Shown here piece by piece: positions 45,567 through 54,469 of a stretch of 64,000 bases of DNA (position 1 is the stretch's first letter; each line of letters opens with the position of its first letter). Origin of the DNA: a virus. Taxonomy: Duplodnaviria; Caudoviricetes. The stretch lies in IMG/VR virus record IMGVR_UViG_3300027833_000011, one strand, 5' to 3'. The position numbers and the translations under genes are program-made. Below the pieces are notes generated by a model. That model worked only from the letters and a program-made list of their open reading frames with translations. It was not told where the DNA came from and searched no databases.

Positions 45567-46178
45567 ATGATTAAATTTTTAAAGAAATTATTTAGTAAAG
45601 ATGTTTTATTTGACTTATCAAAGATTGATGGGTTTGTTAAAAACTATGAATTAGACTTAGATAAGTTTGAAAAGGACTGGATGACAGGTGATGGTGTTTC
45701 TGATTACGTTAAAGGTGTTAATCACGAATGGTTATCTCCGGAATCGGTAAGTTTAGAAAATGAAGAAATACACATAACGTCTATACATAGACCGATTAAT
45801 GTTGGGGGTGAAATATTTGACTATAAAACAGGTGTGGTAACAACAACACGTTTTTTTAGTTATGGTTATTATGAGTTCTCAGTAGATTTACCAAACAAAA
45901 GTTCACATACGCCAACTGTTGAGATATTCAACCCTGAAAGTAACATTGAATTAGTTACGGGTAATTATGGGGTTAAAAAAATTGGTTTATTATATTTAAA
46001 CAAGAAAATAGAACTTTACCACGACAATATTTTAGTTAAGAAGATTAAGAACGGGAATATAGGTTCTGAGGTGAAGTTAAGAATTAAGCACGGATTAAAT
46101 CCTTCGGTTGAAGGTACCCACATTAAAGGTAACGATACTTTAAGGTTGATTAGTTTAGACTATTACAGAAAAAAATGA
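45567..46178 (+). CDS. Degenerate GH16/ConA-like beta-jelly-roll protein
   Basis: ESVSLENEEIHIT and FSYGYYEF resemble GH16, but no complete ExDxxE; ATG 45567 preferred. Confidence 0.45.
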   Translation: MIKFLKKLFSKDVLFDLSKIDGFVKNYELDLDKFEKDWMTGDGVSDYVKGVNHEWLSPESVSLENEEIHITSIHRPINVGGEIFDYKTGVVTTTRFFSYGYYEFSVDLPNKSSHTPTVEIFNPESNIELVTGNYGVKKIGLLYLNKKIELYHDNILVKKIKNGNIGSEVKLRIKHGLNPSVEGTHIKGNDTLRLISLDYYRKK

Positions 46179-47104
46179 TACTAAAATTAGGTTCTAAAGG
46201 TGAGAGTGTTAAAGAAATACAAGAGTTTCTCGGTATTACAATGGATGGTGATTTCGGTCCAAAAACTGAGAGAGCAGTTAAAGAATGGCAAAAGACAAAA
46301 GGACTATTTGTTGATGGTATTGTTGGTCCTTCCACTTGGAACGCTATGGGTATTGCTACTACTGATATATCGGAAATTGCGTTAACAGATGGAATAGTTA
46401 TCAATAAGACTTATTTACCCGACGGTGAATATTATAAAGGGCCTGTGGATAAAGAATACTTATTTTTACACCACACGGCAGGTGGAAATAACCCATATAG
46501 AACTATATTACATTGGGGTAGAGACAGTAGAGGTAGAATTGCAACTGAGTTTGTTATTGGAGGTAAGTCAATTGATGGTGACGACCAATACGATGGTGAG
46601 ATAGTTCAATCATTTTCTGAAGGGGGTTATTCATGGCATTTGGGTAAGAATGGCTCACAACATATGCACGTACACTCAGTAGGTATTGAGGTTTGTAATT
46701 ATGGTTATCTAACTAAAGGTGGGTACAAAAAGAAAATTAATGGTAGACGTGTTTGGGTGGATAGAGACCCTGATTCTTATTACGCATACACAGGTAGTAA
46801 AATACGTGAAGAGGATATTGTGTTTACTGAGGAATTTAGAGGTTATACTGCGTGGCACGCATACACAGACAAGCAAATTGAGTCTTTAAAGGAGTTAATA
46901 CTTTACATCAAAGAAAGAGATGGTATTGACATACAAAAGGGATTAATTAGTGAATATAAAAAAAATGGTTTGGATTCATTTGAATGGAATTCAGATGCAT
47001 ATTATGGTAGAATTAAGGGTATGTGGACACATACAAACACCAAAAAAGGTAAGTCAGATATGTCACCCCAACCCAAACTGATTGAGATGTTACTCAGTCT
47101 ATAA
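46175..47104 (+). CDS. Endolysin: PG-binding domain + N-acetylmuramoyl-L-alanine amidase (Amidase_2)
   Basis: LKLGSKG..V...Q...DG.FGPKT...DGIVGP.TW; LHHTAG, GIEVC, WTH and KSD. Confidence 0.9.
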   Translation: MILKLGSKGESVKEIQEFLGITMDGDFGPKTERAVKEWQKTKGLFVDGIVGPSTWNAMGIATTDISEIALTDGIVINKTYLPDGEYYKGPVDKEYLFLHHTAGGNNPYRTILHWGRDSRGRIATEFVIGGKSIDGDDQYDGEIVQSFSEGGYSWHLGKNGSQHMHVHSVGIEVCNYGYLTKGGYKKKINGRRVWVDRDPDSYYAYTGSKIREEDIVFTEEFRGYTAWHAYTDKQIESLKELILYIKERDGIDIQKGLISEYKKNGLDSFEWNSDAYYGRIKGMWTHTNTKKGKSDMSPQPKLIEMLLSL

Positions 47105-47122
47105 AAAATACAAATTTTAATG

Positions 47123-47148
47123 AATCCTGTCAGAAATGACGGGATTTC
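47123..47148 (+). terminator. Hairpin after the endolysin
   Basis: AATCCTGTCA-GAAA-TGACGGGATT with one G-U pair; weak T tail. Confidence 0.6.
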
Positions 47149-47160
47149 AAGTTTAATATA

Positions 47161-47592
47161 ATGAATATGGAAAGTTATAAAATTAGAAAGGCGGTCTTCG
47201 AAGATTTAGAAGATATTTGTCGATTATTAAGCGAATCGTTTATTGAAACCAAAGAACCGATTAGGTATTGGTGGAGAATAATGGAGAACACATCGATACA
47301 TACATATGTGGTTGAGAGTGAAGGATATATTGTAGGTACGGCTACATTACACGTATTAGAAAAACTAATCGGTGGAGGTTCATATGTTGGGCAAATTGAG
47401 GATGTTTGTATATCAAAATCACACAAAGGTGAAGGGTTAGGACAAATGTTAGTCAATCAATTAATCGAATCCTCAAAAGAATTACGTTGTTATAAGGTTA
47501 TTTTAAATTGTGATGAAAAATTAGTACCATTTTATGAGAAAAATGGGTTTTACCAGAAAGAAATACAAATGCGTTTGGATAATAAAAAATAA
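47161..47592 (+). CDS. GNAT acetyltransferase, glucosamine-6-phosphate N-acetyltransferase (GNA1)-like
   Basis: GQIEDV...GEGLG...CYKVILNCDEKLVPFYEKNGF parallels recalled yeast GNA1 GHIED...GQGLG...CYKIILDCDEKNVKFYEKCGF. Confidence 0.8.
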   Translation: MNMESYKIRKAVFEDLEDICRLLSESFIETKEPIRYWWRIMENTSIHTYVVESEGYIVGTATLHVLEKLIGGGSYVGQIEDVCISKSHKGEGLGQMLVNQLIESSKELRCYKVILNCDEKLVPFYEKNGFYQKEIQMRLDNKK

Positions 47593-47605
47593 AGTCATAC
47601 TTTTG
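47574..47605 (+). promoter_or_regulatory. Host (Bacteroidota sigmaA)-type early promoter
   Basis: TTTG-N20-TACTTTTG, perfect consensus. Confidence 0.75.
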
Positions 47606-47629
47606 TGTTCTAATTAAAAAGATACTTAT

Positions 47630-47866
47630 ATGACGACAGTAACATTTAGCATTTGGGACGGTGGGAAACTAATCACCGAATATCCTTTAGAGATTCAAGA
47701 AGAAAACATAGAGAAAACACATATTGACGCATCGTCAGTATGGGATGAGTATACTGTATTGGCAGAATGGGGTGACGGGAAAACTGCTACAATCATGCCG
47801 TTCACATATTCCAACTCACTTAATGGGGAGGTGTCTAATAATCAACCAATTGAATTCCTACTATAA
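47630..47866 (+). CDS. Hypothetical protein
   Basis: ORF directly downstream of a consensus promoter. Confidence 0.65.
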   Translation: MTTVTFSIWDGGKLITEYPLEIQEENIEKTHIDASSVWDEYTVLAEWGDGKTATIMPFTYSNSLNGEVSNNQPIEFLL

Positions 47867-47868
47867 TT

Positions 47869-48117
47869 ATGTTTAGAAAAGATGATTTATATACGTTATT
47901 TCTCGTGGTGATTATAATATCAGTGTTGGGAATTTCTCTCGGTTTTATATCGTTATTAGTGTTTTTTGTGTCTAATCTATCGTTAATGGGGTCTTTAGTC
48001 GTTGCGACATTTACACACGTAATTTTGTTTTATATGTTATACCGTAAAATAGTAGGGGAGTTAAAAGAAATGAATGTCGATGGTTTAGATTTCGATGATA
48101 TCGAAGACTTAGGTTAA
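47869..48117 (+). CDS. Small hypothetical membrane protein
   Basis: Two long hydrophobic segments and an acidic tail. Confidence 0.65.
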   Translation: MFRKDDLYTLFLVVIIISVLGISLGFISLLVFFVSNLSLMGSLVVATFTHVILFYMLYRKIVGELKEMNVDGLDFDDIEDLG

Positions 48118-48123
48118 AAAAAA

Positions 48124-48155
48124 TTTGTGAGGGTCAGATATTTGGCTTATCTTTG
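48124..48155 (+). promoter_or_regulatory. Host-type early promoter
   Basis: TTTG-N20-TATCTTTG. Confidence 0.8.
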
Positions 48156-48176
48156 TAGTATCAAAATAAAGAAACT

Positions 48177-48725
48177 ATGACAAGACAAATAATCGAAAAT
48201 ACAACTGTAAACTATTGGGGTCAAACTCAGGACACTAAGAAAATCAAGGATGAATTATTCTGTGATAGCAACACAATTGCTCAGAATGGGAGTTCATTGG
48301 CGATGTCAGAGAAAAATGACTGTGTGGTACGTGCGTTTATGGTTGTTTTAGATTTGTCTTACGATAAGACTCACAAATGGGTTACAGATAACTTTAATAG
48401 AGTTCACCGAAAAGGGACGTATACTGGTCGTTACTTAACTAATGTCTTAGGTAAGAGAAAAAACTACAAAAAGATTAGTTTGTTTGGTGTGTCTCCAGGT
48501 CGTACATATTCTTTCGGTAAGAAAGAGTTATACAACCCTAAATACAAGGGTAAAAAGACTTGTTATACGGTTAAGTCTTTCATGGAGAACTATCCGAAGG
48601 GACGTTATTTCATCATCGTTAAAGGTCACGCATTAGCTTTGGTTGACGGAGTATTATATGGTAACGGTAGTGAACAGTTTAACGGATTTCGTAGAAGAAT
48701 CCACTATGTGGTAAAGGTAGGGTAA
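48177..48725 (+). CDS. Hypothetical protein with a Cys/His/Asp pattern (possibly papain-like fold)
   Basis: NDCVVRA...GHALALVDG. Confidence 0.45.
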   Translation: MTRQIIENTTVNYWGQTQDTKKIKDELFCDSNTIAQNGSSLAMSEKNDCVVRAFMVVLDLSYDKTHKWVTDNFNRVHRKGTYTGRYLTNVLGKRKNYKKISLFGVSPGRTYSFGKKELYNPKYKGKKTCYTVKSFMENYPKGRYFIIVKGHALALVDGVLYGNGSEQFNGFRRRIHYVVKVG

Positions 48726-48979
48726 TGGAAAAAGAACACAGGTACGAAGATAACTTACACATTATAGATGTTATCATAGATGAACTTATGTTGGTAAGAA
48801 CAATTGAAGAGATTACGGAATTCGACAAGGCGGTTAACATTACGTTCTTAAAGATGTTCCCAACGGTTAATCCACAGGCGGATATTATTGAGGGGTTGTT
48901 TAGGGATTACTGTAAGGATTATACGGTTAAGGTGTGGTATGAAAGTTTATTTAAAATACCGATTGAAAAGATTGTGTAA
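48725..48979 (+). CDS. Hypothetical protein
   Basis: Stop/start-coupled ORF. Confidence 0.6.
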   Translation: MEKEHRYEDNLHIIDVIIDELMLVRTIEEITEFDKAVNITFLKMFPTVNPQADIIEGLFRDYCKDYTVKVWYESLFKIPIEKIV

Positions 48980-49002
48980 TACAAACTTAAATATTATCTT
49001 TG
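48971..49002 (+). promoter_or_regulatory. Host-type early promoter
   Basis: ATTG-N20-TATCTTTG; contains the shared 15-mer TTGTGTAATACAAAC. Confidence 0.75.
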
Positions 49003-49045
49003 TACTATCAATAAGAAAGATATAAACCTAAAAAATCCGATTCAA

Positions 49046-49579
49046 ATGACAAACGCCAAAAACATCATCGTAAAAAAAGCCGAAGAATTAATCGACTACT
49101 TAGTTCAGAAAGAAGAGTCTCGTTTCAACGACATCAAAGAAAGTTACGAACTTTTCTTAAAAGAAAACCCATCAGTATATCAGTACGGTCCTTACGAAAG
49201 AAAGAAATGTTACAGTCTATCTGAGAACGGAGAAACTGACTACACAAACGTAAGATATTTCTTCCACAACAGAGGAGCGGTTAAATTACTCGAAGAGGTA
49301 AGAATGGCGACTGACGAGAAAGGGATGGTTAAGTATCTTGAAAACTACCGAGAACTAAACAAAGTTAAATTGGTTCGAGCGATTGAGAAGTACATCACTG
49401 AAGACATGACCGTGAAAGGTGAGGTATACATCAACGAAGGTGTGAAAGGTGTTGAGGTGTCAGCGGAGGTTAATACAACTGAAGGGTTAAGAAACTTTAG
49501 AACCAACGCAATATTCGCAGGGGGATACATCCAAAGATATCACTACCGATACAGAGGAGGTCTTCACTTAGTGAAGTAA
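49046..49579 (+). CDS. Hypothetical protein
   Basis: Bounded by its own promoter and terminator. Confidence 0.75.
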   Translation: MTNAKNIIVKKAEELIDYLVQKEESRFNDIKESYELFLKENPSVYQYGPYERKKCYSLSENGETDYTNVRYFFHNRGAVKLLEEVRMATDEKGMVKYLENYRELNKVKLVRAIEKYITEDMTVKGEVYINEGVKGVEVSAEVNTTEGLRNFRTNAIFAGGYIQRYHYRYRGGLHLVK

Positions 49580-49584
49580 GACCA

Positions 49585-49613
49585 AAGGGGGACGAAAGTC
49601 CCCCTTATTTTTT
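49585..49613 (+). terminator. Rho-independent terminator
   Basis: AAGGGGGAC-GAAA-GTCCCCCTT followed by ATTTTTT. Confidence 0.88.
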
Positions 49614-49622
49614 GAGATAATG

Positions 49623-49654
49623 GTTGTGTAATACAAACATAATGACTATATTTG
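49623..49654 (+). promoter_or_regulatory. Host-type early promoter
   Basis: GTTG-N20-TATATTTG; same 15-mer as at 48972. Confidence 0.75.
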
Positions 49655-49680
49655 TATAACAATAAAAAAAAACAAATATT

Positions 49681-49977
49681 ATGTCAGTCAACAAAGTTTT
49701 AGTTCACACACAGTACGAAGAAAATTATGGTTTTAATGAGGGTAACTATCATTGGAAGATGAAAGGTGGTCACACATTTCAAATCGAGATGGATGTTGAT
49801 TTATTAATGTATAGTGACGCGGAGAAAGTGTTCGGTGAGATGTTGGAATTACATTGTAATGACCATGAGCGTTTTACCTACGCAGGATTTGAAATCCAAT
49901 GGCAAGAGCCAACGGTTTTGGGGACTCAGGAGGATTACATTAAGACGAATCAAGAACTAAATCCTGAGACTGTATAG
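49681..49977 (+). CDS. Hypothetical protein
   Basis: ORF after a consensus promoter. Confidence 0.7.
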   Translation: MSVNKVLVHTQYEENYGFNEGNYHWKMKGGHTFQIEMDVDLLMYSDAEKVFGEMLELHCNDHERFTYAGFEIQWQEPTVLGTQEDYIKTNQELNPETV

Positions 49978-49978
49978 T

Positions 49979-50707
49979 ATGGAAGGATATGTATACATAG
50001 CAAGAATCATTGACCACGGAGGTAAATTCGTAAATGGGTACCATAAGATTGGTCTCTCAAAACAGTATAAGGTACGTGAGACACAGTTAAACTCAACGCA
50101 CTTACCTTTTGATGTTATGATGGTAAGAGTCTTTGAAACGGAAGATATGAACAAATTAGAGGGTATTCTTCACGTTTGTTTCGAGGACTATAGAGTTATT
50201 AAAGAGTATGATGACCGTAGGAATATTACAACAGAGTGGTTTGATGTTTCGGATATTGACACCTTTCATTCACGATTGGATAAGATGGTAAGTTATCTAT
50301 CTGTTAAGGAATTGGATTTAGGTCTTAGTGTTGATAACGACGAAACCCTAACTGATGAAGAAAAGGTTGATGTTAAAAACAAAATTGGTCGGGCAAAGTC
50401 TACGAATCTAAAGGTTACCATTGGTGATAGAGTTATTACTAACAAAACCGCAAAAGAAACGTATGTGTCGGTTATCAACGAAATCACTAACGGTGTTAAC
50501 AGGTCAGTCATTGAATACAATTTCTCATCTTTCTTTAAAAACGATAAGGACGAGTTTAGAGACTCACTTAGTGACCATAATAAGGTTATGATGGACTGTG
50601 GGATGTTTATGTCCACATGGGGTTCTAATGTAACTAAAATCAAACGAATTAAAATGATTTGTGAGAAGTTAGGGGTGGAAAATGTGGAGTGTGAAATTAT
50701 CGATTAA
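49979..50707 (+). CDS. GIY-YIG-superfamily (T5orf172-like) nuclease-domain protein
   Basis: GYVYI...KIGLS...R..QL...E..LH..F...R...EWF. Confidence 0.75.
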   Translation: MEGYVYIARIIDHGGKFVNGYHKIGLSKQYKVRETQLNSTHLPFDVMMVRVFETEDMNKLEGILHVCFEDYRVIKEYDDRRNITTEWFDVSDIDTFHSRLDKMVSYLSVKELDLGLSVDNDETLTDEEKVDVKNKIGRAKSTNLKVTIGDRVITNKTAKETYVSVINEITNGVNRSVIEYNFSSFFKNDKDEFRDSLSDHNKVMMDCGMFMSTWGSNVTKIKRIKMICEKLGVENVECEIID

Positions 50708-50722
50708 CGGATAAAATAAAAG

Positions 50723-50751
50723 ACCCTCACTATTGAAAGTGGGGGTTTTTT
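50723..50751 (+). terminator. Rho-independent terminator overlapping the putative sbcC promoter
   Basis: ACCCTCACT-ATTGAA-AGTGGGGGT plus T run; ATTG-N20-TATATTTA at 50732..50763. Confidence 0.75.
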
Positions 50752-50779
50752 CTGTTATATTTAAAACAAAATACGATTT

Positions 50780-53122
50780 ATGTTAGATAAAGATAAATTG
50801 GAAAATCCAAAGATAAAGATAGTATGGGAGGACGTTGCTGAGTCATTTACTCAGGAGAGAATTGCTCGTATTAAGTCTTATTTTTCGAAGAAGTACAAAT
50901 CAAAGAATGTTACGGTTGTGACCAAAGTAGTGGTATCCAAAAACGAAGCAAAATTGGATTCCATTGATATGGCGGATAACATCTTAGACACACAATACCA
51001 AAAAGAGTTGGTAAAGGATTATATAAAGACTAATGACATTAAAGTTGAATGGGATTTATTATCTAAGTTAGATGACCGTGTTAATAATGAAATAGATAAG
51101 TCACACCAAAACACAATAAGGTTTAGACAGTGGTATATTAAAAGGTTAGAGTTTTCTAACTTCTTATCTTATGGTGAGGGTAACACAGTTCCGTTTGACG
51201 ACTTAGGTGGTATCACCTGTATTGAGTCTGACCCACCAAACTTCGGTGGTAAAACTGTATTAGCAGTGGATTTATTAATGTTCTTATTCTTCAATAGAAC
51301 AACAAAGACTAAAAAGAACGAAGAGATATTCAATCAATTTACAACCAAAGATGAGGTTCATGTAAGAGGTGATGTTATGATTGATGGTGACGAATACGTT
51401 ATTGTCAGAAACATTAAGAGAAAACCAAAAAGAGCTGGTGGGTTTACCGTAACGTCTTCATTGGAGTTCATCAAGAAAATGAGTGACGGTTCACTAGTCA
51501 ATCTGTCAGGTGAACAAAGAAGAGAAACTGAGGAGTTTATTAAGTCAGCCATTGGAACTGAAGATGATTTCTTAACTACTATATTGACAACAGGTACAAA
51601 TTTGGAGGAGTTAATCGATTCCAAACCTACTGCGTTGGGTCAGGTTTTTACTAAGTTTATTGGTTTAGAATCGTTAAGAGAAAAAGAAGATGTTGCTAAA
51701 AAGATATTTTCAGAATGGAACAAATCGTTAATCTCAAACGTATACAATTCTCAGGATTTAAAACAGACAATATTAGACTGTAAAGAGACCATCAAAGAAA
51801 ATAAGGTTTTAATTGTTGATAAGACAAAACTATTGGGGATTAAAGAAGGTGAGTTAAAAAACGCAATTGATAAAAAAGATTTATTGATTGAGAAGAAACA
51901 CTCTGATATCGATGAGGAATTAACCAAACTAAACCCTGAGAGATACTTAACAGAGATTAAGGAATTCGAGGATAAGGTTACGGTAACCAAACACTATTTT
52001 GAAGAAATTAAGGTGACCGAACCATCTAAATATTATCACGGTGACGAACATAAGGAAGTCAGAGATTCAATCAATGAGGGTAAAGTTAATCAGACAATAA
52101 GTGAGAGAGTAATTAAAGAATTGGGAGAGATGATTACCCAACTTAAAGAGGGGGAGATTTGTCCTACATGTAAAAGAGCGTTGGACGATGTTGACCATAC
52201 TGACGAAATTAAACAAAAAGAGAAAGAACTTAAGAAAGAAAAAAAATCACTTAAGTCCGTTGAAAAAGAACTTATAACATTAACTGATAAAGATGAGAAA
52301 CAATCCATCCTTAAGAAACAATTTGAGGATTATGACAGAGATAAGTTACGAAAAGAGAAGTATCGTTTAGAGTTAATGACTAAAGAGTTGGAATTAAAGT
52401 CTATGACTGATACAATGGACAAATGGGAGTCTAACAAGTATAAGTTAGAGGAGAATATGGTCATTGAAAAGGATTTAATGTTGATTAAGACAAAGATTGA
52501 CGGTTTAGCCGCTGAGGTTGATACGTTTAAGTACTTAATCCAAGACTATAACAACACTATTAAGACTAATGAGACCAAAATCACAGAATCTGAACAATTA
52601 ATGGATAAAATTGTGAAAGAAGAGGACTATAAGCAGATATTTGAGTCGTTCTTAGCGATATTTGGTAAGAACGGTATATCAAAGATGATTTTAAGGTCTA
52701 TGATACCTGTTATCAACTCAGAATTAGCTCGTCTGTTGGAGGATAGTTGTAGATTCACATTAGATGTTAGAATATCTGAAAAGAATGAGATAATGTTCGT
52801 TATGATTGATGATGAAACAAGAGTAGAGAAACCAATGGGTTCTGGTTCAGGGTATGAACGTACAATTGCGTCTATGGCGTTAAGAGCGGTGTTATCTAAA
52901 GTGTCAGCATTACCAAAACCAAATGTTATAGTTATGGATGAGGTGTTTGGTAAAGTTGCTGATGAAAATTTAGAGATGGTTGGTGGATTTTTTAGAAAAA
53001 TTAAAACATATTTTGAACATATATTTGTGATTACTCACAATCCATTAGTCAAAAATTGGTCTGACCATGTAATTACTATAAATAAGAACGACAACGTTTC
53101 AAAAATTAAAAATATTATATAA
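50780..53122 (+). CDS. sbcC: SbcC/Rad50/gp46-like ATPase
   Basis: NFGGKT Walker A, coiled coil with CPTC zinc hook, GSGYE signature, MDEVFG and ITH motifs. Confidence 0.9.
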   Translation: MLDKDKLENPKIKIVWEDVAESFTQERIARIKSYFSKKYKSKNVTVVTKVVVSKNEAKLDSIDMADNILDTQYQKELVKDYIKTNDIKVEWDLLSKLDDRVNNEIDKSHQNTIRFRQWYIKRLEFSNFLSYGEGNTVPFDDLGGITCIESDPPNFGGKTVLAVDLLMFLFFNRTTKTKKNEEIFNQFTTKDEVHVRGDVMIDGDEYVIVRNIKRKPKRAGGFTVTSSLEFIKKMSDGSLVNLSGEQRRETEEFIKSAIGTEDDFLTTILTTGTNLEELIDSKPTALGQVFTKFIGLESLREKEDVAKKIFSEWNKSLISNVYNSQDLKQTILDCKETIKENKVLIVDKTKLLGIKEGELKNAIDKKDLLIEKKHSDIDEELTKLNPERYLTEIKEFEDKVTVTKHYFEEIKVTEPSKYYHGDEHKEVRDSINEGKVNQTISERVIKELGEMITQLKEGEICPTCKRALDDVDHTDEIKQKEKELKKEKKSLKSVEKELITLTDKDEKQSILKKQFEDYDRDKLRKEKYRLELMTKELELKSMTDTMDKWESNKYKLEENMVIEKDLMLIKTKIDGLAAEVDTFKYLIQDYNNTIKTNETKITESEQLMDKIVKEEDYKQIFESFLAIFGKNGISKMILRSMIPVINSELARLLEDSCRFTLDVRISEKNEIMFVMIDDETRVEKPMGSGSGYERTIASMALRAVLSKVSALPKPNVIVMDEVFGKVADENLEMVGGFFRKIKTYFEHIFVITHNPLVKNWSDHVITINKNDNVSKIKNII

Positions 53123-53123
53123 T

Positions 53124-53864
53124 ATGAAGATTGATAGAGTTTATGTCATCACAATGGATATGAGTGATGAATACAAAGATGAGTTATTTGAGAGAGTGTT
53201 AAATTTACCACTACCTTCAAATACACCTGTTGAGTTTAAACAAGGGTTTCCAGGTAAGGATTTATTGGAAAGACCTGAAGACTTTCCTGAGTATCGTATA
53301 TACCCACATTGGAACCTTAACAACCCAGAGGGTTGGTGGTGGTGGCAAAGACCAGCGTTATCAGGTGAAGCGGGTGGTATGATATCACACACAATGTGTT
53401 GGGAAGATGCGTATGAGAAGGGGTATGAAAATATTATGATTATTGAAGATGACTTTACGGTCGAAGAACCTATTGATTGGGGTATCTTTAAAGAACTTGA
53501 TGGTTATGAATGGGATTTATGTTTAATGGCTCACAATTCATTACACGAACATTTTTCAGATATTATGAAACCTTTAAATATTGGTAGAGAACATTTTATC
53601 AGACCAACGTTCTTTTATAATACTCATACTTATATACTTTCTTCGGGAGGTATTAAGAAATTAGTTGAGGACCATTTAGATGTGTTAAAACAAAATATTA
53701 TAGTATCTGACGAATTTTTATCTGCAGTTACTTCATCACATCCAAGACCTGATTTAAGAGAGATGTACATAACTAATATGTCAGCGGTTGCTACAAAAGT
53801 TAATTATACAGGACAAACAAGAAGTGAAGGTTTGGGTAATTCTTTAACCGAGACTGAAAAGTAA
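53124..53864 (+). CDS. GT25 glycosyltransferase, COLGALT (procollagen galactosyltransferase)-type
   Basis: RP...GE.G..ISH, IIEDD, WDL, DEFL....HP and terminal SLTET correspond to recalled COLGALT1 motifs. Confidence 0.75.
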   Translation: MKIDRVYVITMDMSDEYKDELFERVLNLPLPSNTPVEFKQGFPGKDLLERPEDFPEYRIYPHWNLNNPEGWWWWQRPALSGEAGGMISHTMCWEDAYEKGYENIMIIEDDFTVEEPIDWGIFKELDGYEWDLCLMAHNSLHEHFSDIMKPLNIGREHFIRPTFFYNTHTYILSSGGIKKLVEDHLDVLKQNIIVSDEFLSAVTSSHPRPDLREMYITNMSAVATKVNYTGQTRSEGLGNSLTETEK

Positions 53865-53878
53865 TATATTTATAAGAT

Positions 53879-54433
53879 ATGGGATTAGATATTAGTTATT
53901 ATAAACTTGGGAATAAAGTTGAGGTTGACGACACTATAGAAGAGTGGTCAGAAGAGTTTTATGACAAGTATGGGCACGATTTGATATGGTTATATAATAA
54001 TTATGAAATGGAACAATCAGACGACCTTGACGGTTTTTATAACGCAGAAAGATTAGGTGGTTTTAGAGCGGGTTCGTATTCAGGATACGGACAGTATAGA
54101 AGGACCTTACGTAGATTATCTATTGTTGCGATGGCAGAAAATAAAGAACTGGCTGAAAAATATAAAGATGAAATCCCATTTGACTTACAACTCAACTTTA
54201 GTGACTGTGAAGGGTTTATTGGTCCATTCTCAAGTGTTACTTTAAGAGACCAATATAGAGAATTTCATGGTCCAATCATAAAAGACATTATAAAGATGGC
54301 TAAATATGGTGTAAAAACTGACATATACAAAGCTATCTCTAGAGAGGAGTTAGAGTATTTTGCTGGTTTGTATATTAATTGGAAAACGGCATTTGAAGAA
54401 ACTTCTAACGTAGGTGTTGTATATTACACCTAA
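53879..54433 (+). CDS. Hypothetical phage protein (MGLD... N-terminus)
   Basis: Clean ORF; FSDCEG motif; no function recognised. Confidence 0.7.
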   Translation: MGLDISYYKLGNKVEVDDTIEEWSEEFYDKYGHDLIWLYNNYEMEQSDDLDGFYNAERLGGFRAGSYSGYGQYRRTLRRLSIVAMAENKELAEKYKDEIPFDLQLNFSDCEGFIGPFSSVTLRDQYREFHGPIIKDIIKMAKYGVKTDIYKAISREELEYFAGLYINWKTAFEETSNVGVVYYT

Positions 54434-54447
54434 TTGTTATATATTTG
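54416..54447 (+). promoter_or_regulatory. Host-type promoter for clpP
   Basis: GTTG-N20-TATATTTG. Confidence 0.7.
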
Positions 54448-54469
54448 TATCACACTAAAAAATTAATTT

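Noticed and set aside
49979-50707. GIY-YIG-type gene as a mobile intron-encoded homing endonuclease
   Set aside because: It is free-standing, coupled to the upstream ORF and interrupts no gene; kept as an ordinary CDS.
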